NCBI GenBank assembly: GCA_002269645.1
Contig: NIVC01000750.1
Coordinates: forward strand, 1 to 64,000
DNA length: 64,000 nucleotides
From: Macrostomum lignano
Taxonomy: Eukaryota
Direction of reading: 5' to 3'
Shown: in pieces, positions 1-11,984 of the stretch
Layout: each line of letters begins with the position of its first letter
Position numbering within the stretch: position 1 is the stretch's first letter
The notes under the pieces: generated by a model
Databases searched by the model: none
The model's input: only the letters and a program-made list of their open reading frames with translations
What the model was told of the DNA's origin: nothing
Program-made: the position numbers and the translations under genes

Positions 1-779
1 GGTTCAGCAATTGTGTCTCAGAGGGTTCAGCAATTGTCTTGGAGGGTTCAGCAATTGTGTCTCAGAGGGTTCAGCAAATGTGTCTTGGAGGGTTCAGCAA
101 TTGTGTCTCAGAGGGTTCAGCAATTGTGTCTTGGAGGGTTCAGCAATTGTGTCTCAGAGGGTTCAGCAAATGTGTCTTGAGGGTTAGCAGTTGTGTCTCA
201 GAGGGTTCAGCAATTGTGTCTTGGAGGGTTCAGCAATTGTGTCTCAGAGGGTTCAGCAAATGTGTCTTGGAGGGTTCAGCAATTGTGTCTTGGAGGGTTC
301 AGCAGTTGTGTCTTGGAGGGTTCAGCAGTTGTGTCTTGGAGGGTTCAGCAGTTGTGTCTTGGAGGGTTCAGCAGTTGTGTCTTGGAGGGTTCAGCAATTG
401 TGTCTTGGAGGGTTCAGCAGTTGTGTCTTGGAGGGTTCAGCAATTGTGTCTTGGAGGGTTCAGCAATTGTGTCTTGAATGGTTCAGCAATTGTGTCTTGA
501 ATGGTTCAGCAGTTGTGTCTTGGAGGGTTCAGCAATTGTGTCTCAGAGGGTTCAGCAAATGTGTCTTGGAGGTTCAGCAATTGTGTCTTGGAGGGTTCAG
601 CAGTTGTGTCTTGGAGGGTTCAGCTGTGTGTCTTGGAGGGTTCAGCAATTGTGTCTTGGATGGTTCAGCAAATGTGTCTTGAATGGTTCAGCAGTTGTGT
701 CTTGGAGGGTTCAGCAATTGTGTCTTGGATGGTTCAGCAAATGTGTCTTGAATGGTTCAGCAGTTGTGTCTTGGAGGGT
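1..779. repeat. 23-bp minisatellite (agggttcagcaattgtgtcttgg)n
   Basis: ggttcagc recurs at 1, 24, 45, 68, 91 and onward. It explains the Cys/Ser/Val-rich ORFs in the track. Confidence 0.97.
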
Positions 780-853
780 TCACCTGTGGTATCCACTACA
801 CCGACCGCAACGCAATCCCATGCATGTCTTTGCAGCAGCCGTCAGCTGACACC

Positions 854-3684
854 ATGACCAGCGGTTGCTCAGCAAAGTCATTCAACGGCACCGACTGGAT
901 GTCACAGCTGCCAGAGTCTGCGGCTCAGCTGCCCCTGTGCCAGCTGGCTCTGCCGGGCTCCCACGACAGCTGTACCGAGTTCTTGGACCTGCACCGGTGC
1001 ATCGGGCCCGACTCGCCGGAGGCGCCCCGACGGTATGGGGAGAATTCTTCCAGTCAGTGCTAATCCATCACCATAATTGGGATTAACCTGTTTAGACTAC
1101 TCACTCTAAATCCATCTTGAATACTGACTCTTAATCCATCCTGAATACTGACTCTTAATCCATCTTGAATACTGACTCTTAATCCATCCTGAATACTGAC
1201 TCTTAATCCATCCTGAATACTGACTCTTAATCCATCCTGAATACTGACTCTTAATCCATCCTGAATACTGAATCTTAATCCATCTTGAATACTGACTCTT
1301 AATCCATCTTGAATACTGACTCTTAATCCATCCTGAATACTGACTCTTAATCCATCTTGAATACTGACTCTTAATCCATCCTGAATACTGACTCTTAATC
1401 CATCCTGAATACTGACTCTTAATCCATCCTGAATACTGACTCTTAATCCATCCTGAATACTGACTCTTAATCCATCTTGAATACTGACTCTTAATCCATC
1501 CTGAATACTGACTCTTAATCCATCTTGAATACTGACTCTTAATCCATCTTGAATACTGACTCTTAATCCATCTTGAATACTGACTCTTAATCCATCTTGA
1601 ATACTGACTCTTAATCCATCCTGAATACTGACTCTTAATCCATCCTGAATACTGACTCTTAATCCATCCTGAATACTGACTCTTAATCCATCCTGAATAC
1701 TGACTCTTAATCCATCTTGAATACTGACTCTTAATCCATCTTGAATACTGACTCTTAATCCATCTTGAATACTGACTCTTAATCCATCTTGAATACTGAC
1801 TCTTAATCCATCCTGAATACTGACTCTTAATCCATCTTGAATACTGACTCTTAATCCATCCTGAATACTGACTCTTAATCCATCTTTAATACTGACTCTT
1901 AATCCATCTTGAATACTGACTCTTAATCCATCTTTAATACTGACTCTTAATCCATCCTGAATACTGACTCTTAATCCATCTTGAATACTGACTCTTAATC
2001 CATCTTGAATACTGACTCTTAATCAGTGGTGTGATTCAGGCGCGAATTCGCGCCAGGCGCGAAAATGGCGCGAATGCGCGAATCCTGGGGGTCTGGCGCG
2101 AAATTTTGTGGAACCATGGGCGCGAAAATTGCATTCTTATTTTCTGCTTTTTACACTTATTCTCTTGTCAGACAGTATGAAATACAAGAATGTCATAGCT
2201 TAGGAGATTAATCTCGAGAATTTCGAGATTCGTGGAGAATTTCGTGGTCGCAAAGAAGCAAAGTGACAATGAAGATGTGGCTGCTACGTCTGCAAGGGCG
2301 GCAGAGATCAGATGTGTGTGTTGTCAGGATTGCACTGAAGAATCGCAGCTTCGAGTCAGAAGAGGACCTTGCCGAGGATCTGATGGCCATTTGCCCAGAT
2401 TCAAAGATTCCACCCAACATCGCCAACAAGAAGTTCAGGCGGGACACGGCTGGGACTTGAGAGACATGCTAATTGGTAGCCAGACGCATCCTCAAAAGTG
2501 TCATCAATTGACTTATTTGGCTGTCAGTAGAATATCATTGGCATGGCGCGAAAATTTTCAGTCGGCGCGAAATTTGGCAAACTTTCCAATCACACCACTG
2601 CTCTTAATCCATCTTTAATACTGACTCTTAATCCATCCTGAATACTGACTCTTAATCCATCTTGAATACTGACTCTTAATCCATCTTTAATACTGACTCC
2701 ATAATGCTCCTCTCTAGCTAATCCACTCATACAATATTAATCCGCCGTAGTAACTGCTCCGGCTCTTGCAGCTACTTCAACAACACGGCAGGCCGCCTCT
2801 ACCTGAGGAGGTGGTGGCGCACCCAGTCGCTGACCATCCGCCAGCAGCTGGACCTCGGCATTCGCTATTTGGACCTGCGAGTCGCCAAATTTGACGACGG
2901 ATTCCGGCTGCTGCACTCTCTGATCTCCATCAGCCTGGAGGAGGTGCTGGATCAGGTTGGACACTCTTACCTGCGCTCTGTACCAGCGGCCCAGGCTCGA
3001 TTCCAAGTGCAGTTACATTAATTTGGGACTAAATTGGAATCTCGGCTTGGCTCTGCTCGTGCAATTAACGGCCTTGAGATTGGCACGTTTGACACGGCCA
3101 AACCCAACCCTCAGATTGCCGACTTCGTAGCGGCGCACCCCGCCGAGGCGGTGCTGCTGGACTTCAACCATTTCTACAGCATGGACAGCCTGTCGGACAT
3201 GCGGGCCTTCCAGCAGCTGCTCATCTCCAAGCTGGGCCGCCGCCTCAGCCCGCCAGCCTCCGAGGTGCCGAGCCTGGCCCAGCTGCGCTCCCAGAACCAG
3301 TCGGTGCTGGCATTTCAGGCCTCCCAGTTCGACCGCAGCGAACTGCCAGCCCTGTGGGAGAGCGGCACCTGGATGCCCAGTCCGTGGCCCAACACCACCG
3401 ACATTGGCGAGATGGTGGCGGCTCTGGACCGCACCTACTCCATGCCGCATGGCAACCACTTTCTGGTGCTGCAGGCTGTGCTCACGCCAGATGCCGGCTT
3501 CATCCTGCGGCATCCCCTGAGCAGCTTGCGCAATTCCCTCAGCCTGCCCGGCAACCGGGCCTTCGTGAGCTGGCTGCGACAGGGCAAGAAGGCGCTCGGC
3601 TGCCAAGGCGTGAACGTGGCCATCACCGACTTTGTGGAGGACAGCGACTTCGTGCAGGCGGTTGCCGGGCTCAACTTCCAGTGA
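854..3684 (+). CDS. PLCXD: PI-PLC X domain-containing protein (PLCXD family); join(854..1032,2772..2955,3115..3684)
   Basis: Spliced product contains DWMSQLP..LPLCQLALPGSHDS, TQSLTIRQQLDLGIRYLDLRV and VLLDFNH..GVNVAITDFV, all typical PLCXD motifs. GT-AG junctions are phase-consistent (2, 0). The paralogue number cannot be assigned. Confidence 0.9.
1105..2700. repeat. 24-bp minisatellite (actgactcttaatccatcYtgaat)n in PLCXD intron 1, interrupted by a MITE
   Basis: Period of 24 seen directly (1147, 1171...). The array resumes after 2600. Confidence 0.97.
2024..2600. mobile_element. Non-autonomous hAT-type DNA transposon (MITE), 577 bp
   Basis: 13-bp TIRs cagtggtgtgatt / aatcacaccactg, an 8-bp TSD ctcttaat (2016-2023 and 2601-2608), and subterminal gcgcgaaa repeats. 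An 8-bp TSD with CAG-starting TIRs is characteristic of hAT. Confidence 0.9.
2978..3078 (+). mobile_element. Fragment of tRNA-derived SINE family 1 in PLCXD intron 2
   Basis: ccagcggcccaggctcgattccaagtgcag...gcaattaacggccttgaga matches the full copy at 37880-38246. Confidence 0.85.
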
Positions 3685-3774
3685 TGACGCGGAGAGTCTG
3701 GATTTGAGAGGGAGTTACTGGGATGGTCCTGATTTTTCGGATTTGGGATATCTGGTTTGTGGTGGCACCTGGGA

Positions 3775-4050
3775 TCGTGGGATCAGTGATTTGCAACACC
3801 TGGGATTTTGGGCATGTGATTTGCAACACCTGGGATTTTGATCTGTGATTTGCAGCACGTGGGATTTTGGGATCTGTGATTTGCAATACCTGGGATTTTG
3901 GGATCTGTGATTTGCAACACCTGAGATTTTGGGATCTGTGATTTGCAACACCTGGGATTTGCGGATCTGTGATTTGCAGCACCTGGGATTTTGGGATCTG
4001 TGATTTGCAGCACCTGGGATTTTGGGATCTGTGATTTGCAACACCTGGGA
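3775..4050. repeat. 31-bp minisatellite (gggatctgtgatttgcaRcacctgggatttt)n just 3' of PLCXD
   Basis: Period of 31 (3963, 3994). Confidence 0.92.
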
Positions 4051-4740
4051 TTTGATATCTTTGAATTACTGACAACTTCTTTGTTAAAGACTGTGAAAGA
4101 TCGAATGGGTTGTTTTTTATTTGTGCAGTCTCGGTGCTGCTCAAAAAGCACACCGTATTTTTCTCAATTCCACTTTTAGTTTATCTTTAATTTCTGGATT
4201 TTACATTTTTTATTTTTTAGCTTGTAAAAGGATACACAAACAAAGACCATGATGAAGTTTTCTTTTTTTAGTTTTAAATTTTAACTTTAATGCGACAATA
4301 GAATAACAGCAATGGATTTCTTGACTGAATTGCCACCGCTTGATAAACACACGCGTTTGTTGCCATTGCTAACGATTTATTAATTTCATTAATTAATAAA
4401 CAAAGGACTTAAATAAGAAAACGAATAACAATAAGTAAGCATGCGGCAAACGGGCTTATAAGAATGGATATACATTGACAGAATGTACTCAAGCTGCTAA
4501 ACTATAATTAGTTGAATGACAAAACAGCAATTTTGTTTTCTATAACCGTACATGTTATTTAAAACGCAACTTTTACTATTTACAGTACCGAATTATACTA
4601 CCGAATAAAATATATGTGAGTAGTATGTAAAAAATGCGAATTTTCTCATCTTAAACTGACCAAAATAAAAGTAGAATTAATATTAATATAAAAAATAAGC
4701 ACAGTTAAATATTGATCAGTCGGACACCAGTGCCGCAATG

Positions 4741-7684
4741 TTACCGCACCCGTTTCTCAGCCTTGGGCGACTTCGGATACAGCGGCGACCACTGAAGGCA
4801 GGCGGCATCGATGAGCTGCGGCTTCCTCGGCAGGATGCGCAGCAGGTGCTCTTGAACGGTGCGCTGCGGCAGGCACAGGTCGTAGCTGCCGCGCCAGTAT
4901 TGCAGCAGGCCGAGCCCGTGCAGAGTGTCTTGCACGTCATCGCGAGAGATCGCCGTGGCCGAGCAGATGTCGCGGACTGTGCAGGACGGATGCGACTGGA
5001 TGTAGTCTAGGATGGCGTACTCCCAGTAGCTCCTGTGGGGGTTGGGATTGAATCGGTGATCTAGCGAAGCACAGGGCAGTGGATACGAGGGGCGACACAG
5101 GAGAGACAGAGGCAGGCACGGCAGGGACACAGAGGCAGACACAACAGGGACACAGAGGCAGACAGCAGACACAGCTTGGACACAGAGACAGACACAGCAG
5201 AGGCAAAGATGCAGACGCAGCAGGGACACAGAGGCAGACAGCAGACACAGCTTGGACACAGAGACAGACACAGCAGAGGCACAGATGCAGACACAGCAGG
5301 GACACAGAGACAAACACAACAGGGACAGAGACAGACAGCAGACACAGCACGGACACAGAGACAGACACAACAGGGACAGAGACAGACAACAGACACAGCT
5401 TGGACACAGAGACAGACACAGCAGAGGCACAGATGCAGACACAGCAGGGACACAGACAGACACAGCAGAGACACAGACAGACACAGCGGGGACAGAGGCA
5501 GACACAGCAGGGACACAGACAGACACAGCGGGGACAGAGGCAGACACAGCAGGGACACAGACAGACACAGCAGAGACACAGACAGACACAGCGGGGACAG
5601 AGGCAGACAGCAGAGACACAGACAGACACAGCAGAGACACAGACAGACACAGCGGGGACAGAGGCAGATACAGCAGGGACACAGACAGACACAGCAGAGA
5701 CACAGACAGACACAGCGGGGACAGAGACAGACAGCAGAGACACAGACAGACACAGCGGGGACAGAGGCAGACACAGCAGGGACACAGACAGACACAGCAG
5801 AGACACAGACAGACACAGCGGGGACAGAGGCAGACACATAGACAGACACAACAGGGACAGAGACAGACAGCAGACACAGCACGGACACAGAGACAGACAG
5901 CAGACACAGCTTGGACACAGAGAGACACAGCAGAGGCACAGATGCAGACACAGCAGGGACACAGAGACAGACAGCAGACACAGCTTGGACACATAGACAG
6001 ACACAACAGGGACACAGGCAGACCCAGCAGGGACACAGAAGCTACCTACCTGTAGGTGACTTTCCCCAAATCGCTAAGCGGTTTCTCGGGGCCGCCAACC
6101 AGCCCCTCAACCCTGGCCAACTCGTAGCTCAGCGAAATGAGCAGCTTGCCGTAGCCTTTGCGCTGATGCGGCGGCAGGGTGAGGATGCAGGCCAGGTTGT
6201 TGCTATCCGGCGAGTCCTTCTCCTTGCTAAAATAGCCCACAATGTGACAGCCGTGCCGGTCCACTTCGCACAGAATGTAGAACAGGAAGCCGGACACGTC
6301 AAAGTACAGAGTTTTGTGATCCAGGAACAGCTTGGCCAGCAGGCAGAGGCACTGGCAGTAGAGTTTGCGCTGCTTGCCATCCACTTCAAATACTGACAGA
6401 TTGCCTTTGCGGTAGATTTCTCTGCCGGGGGGCTGGCGGTATTCGCACTGGGACAGGTGATATTTGTGCGACTTCTCCAGGCCCATGTACTTCAGGCAGT
6501 ACTCGCAGATCCACAGCTTTGTCTGCTTGCCGTATTCGTCAGGATAGGGGCTGAAGTACCAGGTGGTGATCTCGTATTTGCCAATCTGGATGAGGTCGAT
6601 GTACTTCACCTGGGATGGGGGCGGTGCGGGTGGGCAGGTGGTCTGCTGAACAACTTGTCAATAAATTATTATATCAATCAATCAATTGATTAGTAAAAAA
6701 TCTGCGAATTTGTATATCGATTAATCAATCTATCAACCAATACCAACCAGCTTGCAGATTGCATGTTTTATTAATTGATTGGTTGATTCTTTAACTGCTT
6801 GTTAGATTTTTTGATTAAATCAATCAACCATTAAATCGATCAATCAATAAAACATCAATCAATCTACCAACCAACCAACTAATCAATTAATAAATCAACC
6901 AACCATTAAATCAATCAATTGATCTATCTATCAATCAGTCAACCAATCAATCAATCTACTAACCAAGCAACTAATCAATTAATAAATCAACCAACCATTA
7001 AATCAATCAATTGATCTATCTATCAATCAATCAACCAATCAATCAATCTACTAACCAAGCAACTAATCAATTAATAAATCAACCAACCATTAAATCAATC
7101 AATTGATCTATCTATCAATCAATCGATCAACTTATGAGCCAATCAATCAACTAATCAATGAACCAATCAATCAATAAAACATCAATCAATCTACCAACCA
7201 ACCAATAAACTAATCAATCAATCACTCAATTCCCCTAGCTAGCCACCTTAGTCAGCTCCTGGTGCTCCCTCTCCAACGCGGCGGTGGCAGCGTCCATCTC
7301 TTCAACCGACTGCGGCACGTGGTGAATCTCGTGAAATTTCCGCTTCTGATGCCGAGTCAGGCGTGTCTTGTCCCCGCCGCTGGAGGCCAGCGGGTCCAGC
7401 CCGGCGGACTCGAGAGTCCCAGCTGGGTTGCTCACATCGATCCGGTCAATGCTGACCCATTCATCAAGGCGCCTGTCAAAGTCCAGATAGTGAATGAAAT
7501 ACTCCTGCGAGTTGGCCCGATCGGCGGTCTCCCGTTTGTGCACGATCTCGGCCGGGTACCACTGCCCGTCCGCGACTCGCAGCACTGGGAACCGGCCACC
7601 GATCTCCAGGGCCGGCTGCGGACCTGCAGCCGCTGCTGCTGCGCTTGATGCGCCCGAGGATGATGAAGCGATGGCTGAGGACAT
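4741..7684 (-). CDS. KAT8: MYST-family histone acetyltransferase KAT8/MOF; join(complement 7684..7247, 6609..6050, 5032..4741)
   Basis: Chromo-barrel ([16 protein letters not shown]), the MOF-type linker [37 protein letters not shown]2HC zinc finger (CEYCLKY), MYST motifs [24 protein letters not shown] and PEKPLSDLG, and C-terminal [19 protein letters not shown]. Splice phases are consistent. Confidence 0.95.
5085..6040. repeat. Degenerate GACA/CA-rich minisatellite in KAT8 intron 2
   Basis: Recurrent cagacacagc/gggacacaga units; source of the long low-complexity ORFs. Confidence 0.92.
6720..7230. repeat. Degenerate (AATC/AACC)n repeat in KAT8 intron 1
   Basis: Runs of aatcaatc and aaccaacc with a higher-order duplication. 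Confidence 0.85.
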
Positions 7685-7789
7685 TTGCTGGTTTGGTTTC
7701 GTTTAGGCTGGCTGGCTTTTGCCGGGGGTTGGAAGGCTGGAATGGCGACACGAGTGGAGCTGCTTGATTGGGCTGAATCTGCCATTGTC

Positions 7790-8365
7790 TGTCCCAGTGT
7801 CTTGCGTCCGTCCTAGTGTCTTGGTGTCTGTCCTAGTGTCTGTCTGTCCTAGTGTCTTGGTGTCTGTCTTGGTGTCTGTCCTAGTGTCTGTCTGTCCTAG
7901 TGTCTTGGTGTCTGTCTTGGTGTCTGTCCTAGTGTCTGTCTGTCCTAGTGTCTGTCTGTCCTAGTGTCTTGGTGTCTGTCTTGGTGTCTGTCCTAGTGTC
8001 TGTCTGTCCTAGTGTCTTGGTGTCTGTCTTGGTGTCTGTCCTAGTGTCTGTCTGTCCTAGTGTCTTGGTGTCTGTCTTGGTGTCTGTCCTAGTGTCTGTC
8101 TGTCCTAGTGTCTTGGTGTCTGTCTTGGTGTCTGTCCTAGTGTCTGTCTGTCCTAGTGTCTTGGTGTCTGTCTTGGTGTCTGTCCTAGTGTCTTGGTGTC
8201 TGTCTTGGTGTCTGTCCTAGTGTCTTGGTGTCTGTCTTGGTGTCTGTCCTAGTGTCTTGGTGTCTGTCTTGGTGTCTGTCCTAGTGTCTTGGTGTCTGTC
8301 TTGGTGTCTGTCCTAGTGTCATGGTGTCTGTCTTGGTGTCTGTCCTAGCCTCTTGGTGTCTGTCC
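7790..8365. repeat. 12-bp-based minisatellite (gtgtctgtccta/gtgtctgtcttg)n between SelU and KAT8
   Basis: Direct inspection. Confidence 0.93.
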
Positions 8366-8594
8366 TAATTCCTAAGTGTCCCGTGTCCTTAGCACTCGTA
8401 TATTGTTGTCTACATGCCTTGATAGCTAATGTCCCTATCCCTGGTTTTTGTCTGTCTCTTAAAGTATAAATGAAAATGAAAATAACAAAATTAACTAAGT
8501 ACTGCTTAACAAGAAGCAAGTTCGACATGCATAATAATATATTGAGAAAGTTGAAAACACTGGACTTAATTCATCCATATTACTAAAAAGCTAC

Positions 8595-11500
8595 CTAAAT
8601 GCAGTTCACAGCTACTCTGCCAGACGGTTCACTATCAAACAGCAGTGAATCCCTGGCCTGTTTAAGCTGAACTAAAATCTCGTCACTATGAATAGTGTTG
8701 CAGTTCAAGGCCAGCCGGATCACGCGTCTGCTATCTGTCTCTAAGAAATAGCGGCGCCTGCTATGGCGATACAGCGGATCGTAATGATCAGCTAGCAATA
8801 GATGGACCAGCTTAGGAATGTCGCCTGCAGCGGCTGCGGCAAGCCAGTTTGCCTGTGTGGATTTTGAATGGTGCCTGCCGAGTAGATTGAGCCTCTCAAT
8901 CAGCAGTTCAGTACGTTCTACAAGCGAGCCGTACTGTTCAATCAGATGCTTGACTCGATCGTCTGCACTTTCTGCTTCTAAAAGTATTCTGGGCGACCGG
9001 GCCAGGGTGGCTACTAGCGACTGCGGCAGAGAGCGATACCCAATGCGAACCGACTCGCATTCCAGCCACACCGGCTTGTCCGCGTCCAGCTGGCTGAGGG
9101 TTCGATAAAGCGACGATTCGAACGATTTCTGACTTGGTTGATCGGGTCTGTTGGGATCTGAGCCGAGCAGGGAGCCTCGGTGATTTGCTAGGGACTCCAG
9201 ATCGACTACCTGGCAATTGTAAAAAAGGGTTTATGTATGAAATAAAGTTTTAAATGACCCTTTTCGGGCAGGTTATTTACAGGCAATGCTACTCCATCTA
9301 GTCAGTTAAAACGTCCCCTTTAAGGCAGGTTACTTACAGACACTTCTAGTCTAGTTCTACTAAATCTAGTCAGTTAAAACGTCCCCTTTAAGGCAGGTTA
9401 CTTACAGACACTTCTAGTCTAGTTCTACTAAATCTAGTCAGTTAAAACGGCCTTTTTAAGGCAGGTTACTAACAGACACTTCTAGTCTAGTTCTACTGAA
9501 TCTAGTCAGTTAAAACGGCCCTTTTGAGGCAGTTTACTTACAGACACTTCTAGTTCTACTGAATCTAGTCAGTTAAAACGGCCCTTTTAAGGCAGGTTAC
9601 CTACAGACACTTCTAGTTCTACTACATCTAGTTCAGTTAAAACGGCCCTTTTCAGGCAGGTAATTACAGATTACTAACTAATGTTATGCTCGTAAGCAAA
9701 AACTTACACCTAAAATGGCTAAACTTAAAACGGCTCTTTTCGGGCAGCGCTTTAAAAACTAGACGAGATCTACTGTTGACCCTATAAAGCAGTAGAATTG
9801 CATACCTGCTCTCCTTGTCTAGCCAATCGTTCAAGCAGGTAAGTCTTGCCTGAACCTGTCAGCCCAGCTAAAACCACTGCGCGTTTAAGTCGTCCAACAG
9901 GCGGCTCAACACCGGCAAGGTCATTCAGTGCCTTCACAATGACGCGCCTGTAGGCCCGGTAGCCGCCGGCAAGAACTGTTGGCTGGTAGCCAATCTGGGA
10001 AAGCACGATCGCTAGAGAGTGGGAGCGCTGGCCGCCGCGCCAGCAGTAGATTAACGGCCTGGCGAGGATTTCAATAATTATGGAGAATTATGAAATTTGC
10101 AAGACACCTTGCGACGCATTTTAGGGCACTAAGATATTGGGATGCGAAGATAGAATTCTAATAATTTAGGGATTTTTTGCAATGGGAAAAGGGGATTTTG
10201 TAGACACATCTACTCCATCTAGTCAGTTTCTAACCAGGATTCTGGGAAAGGGGATATTGTGGGATTCTAGGAAAGGGGGGTTTTGCAGGATTCTAGGAAA
10301 GGGGGATTTTGTAGGATTCTAGGAAAGGGGGATATTGTAGGATTCTAGGAAAGGGGGATTTTGTAGGATTCTAGGTAAAAGGGGATTTTGTAGGATTCTA
10401 GGTAAAGGGGATTTTGTAGGATTCTAGGTAAAAGGGGATTTTGTAGGATTCTAGGTAAAGGGGATTTTGTGGGATTCTAAGAAATGGGGATTTTGTAGGA
10501 TTCTACAAAAAATGGGGATTTTGTAGGATCCTAGAAAAACTGGGATTTGTGGGATTCTAGGAAATGGGGATTTTGTAGAATTCTAAGAAATGGGGATTTT
10601 GTAGGATTCTAGGAAATAAGGATTTTGTAGAATTCTAGGAAATAAGGATTTTTGTAGGATTCTAGGAAATAAGGATTTTGTAGAATTCTAGGAAATAAGG
10701 ATTTTGTAGGATTCTAGGAAATAAGGATTTTGTAGAATTCTAGGAAATAAGGATTTTGTAGGATTTTAGGAAATAAGGATTTTGTATGATTCTAGGAAAT
10801 AAGGATTTTGTAGAATTCTAGGAAATAAGGATTCTGTAGGATTCTAGGAAATAAGGATTTTGTAGGATTCTAGGAAATAAGGATTTTGCAGGATTCTAGG
10901 AAATAAGGATTTTGTAGGATTCTAGGAAATAAGGATTTTGTAGGATTCTAGGAAATAAGGATTTTGTAGGATTCTAGGAAATAAGGATTTTGTAGGATTC
11001 TAGGTAAAAGGGGATTTTGTAGGATTCTAGGTAAAAGGGGATTTTGTAGGATTCTAGGTAAAAGGGGATTTTGTAGGATTCTAGGTAAAGGGGATTTTGT
11101 AGGATTCTAGGTAAAAGGGGATTTTGTAGGATTCTAGGTAAAGGGGATTTTGTGGGATTCTAAGAAATGGGGATTTTGTAGGATTCTACAAAAAATGGGG
11201 ATTTTTTAGGATCCTAGAAAAACTGGGATGTGGGATTCTAGGAAAATGGGGATTTTGTAGAATTCTAAGAAATGGGGATTTTGTAGGATTCTAGGAAATA
11301 AGGATTTTGTAGGATTCTAGGAAATAAGGATTTTGTAGGATTCTAGGAAATAAGGATTTTGTAGGATTCTAGGAAATAAGGATTTTGTAGAATTCTAGGA
11401 AATAAGGATTCTGTAGGATTCTAGGAAATAAGGATTTTGTAGGATTCTAGGAAATAAGGATTATGTAGGATTCTAGGACGCTAGACTTACCTAAAATCGA

Positions 11501-11900
11501 CACTCTTATCAGCAAAGTGAGTGCCCAGCAGTTCACCGATTTTCTGACTAATCACAGATGCTCCCAAGCGTCGCCCATCAAACGGCGATCGGGCGAATGT
11601 TTTACCAATCGCTGCTCGATCCCCGTCGCCTAATAGCGGCAGATTAACAGCTCCGGGCAGGTGATCGTCTGCGAATTCTGACGGAGTTCGAACGTCAATC
11701 ACTTCGTCATAGGCTGCCCAATTCAATGGGTTGGGTTCTGTTTGAATCGAACTGTTGTTATTGTTATGCTTGATGTTGTAGCTAAATGTGCTGCACCTGT
11801 TTAACTGGTAGCGGCTGTACACGCGACACACCGTCGCTAAGGCCGCGGTGGTGACACGGCAGCGACCGAACTGCAACCAAGCCAGTGACAGGTTGTACAT
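8595..11900 (-). CDS. selU: tRNA 2-selenouridine synthase (SelU/MnmH/YbbB) homologue, about 425 aa, with N-terminal extension; join(complement 11900..11491, 10058..9806, 9209..8595)
   Basis: Rhodanese domain (IDVRTPSEF..HLPGAVNLPLL..RAAIG; YCWRGGQRS; GGYRAYR) fused to a P-loop domain (LAGLTGSGKT; VDLESLANHRGSLLG; QPSQKSFE; WLECESVRIG; HYDPLY), collinear with E. coli MnmH as I recall it. Two GT-AG introns join in phase (410+253+615 = 1278 nt). Confidence 0.92.
9285..9670. repeat. About 60-68-bp tandem repeat (about 6 copies) in SelU intron 2
   Basis: tctagtcagttaaaacg..ccttt..aggcaggttac..acagacacttctag recurs. Confidence 0.88.
10235..11478. repeat. About 26-bp minisatellite (ggattctaggaaataaggattttgta)n in SelU intron 1
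   Basis: Direct inspection. Confidence 0.95.
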
Positions 11901-11984
11901 GAGAACAATCAAGGTACGTTTCTGATAATTAGGGCGATTTTAATAGATCTTTACAAAATTCCAGGAGGCTCTTAGAGCGATTGG

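Noticed and set aside
39-857. Long Cys/Ser/Val ORFs, and similar ORFs at 3671-4153, 4937-6055, 7719-8220, 14612-15087, 49394-49949, 51704-53495, 54478-55224 and 56355-57437
   Set aside because: They are translations of stop-free tandem repeats in several frames at once, not genes.
2956-3114. PLCXD intron 2 is 159 nt (a multiple of 3), and the track ORF 3034-3684 starts inside it
   Set aside because: Retention meets an in-frame TAA near 3020; the ORF extension is SINE sequence.
8595-11912. SelU as bacterial contamination
   Set aside because: It has spliceosomal introns with host-like repeats and is contiguous with eukaryotic genes.
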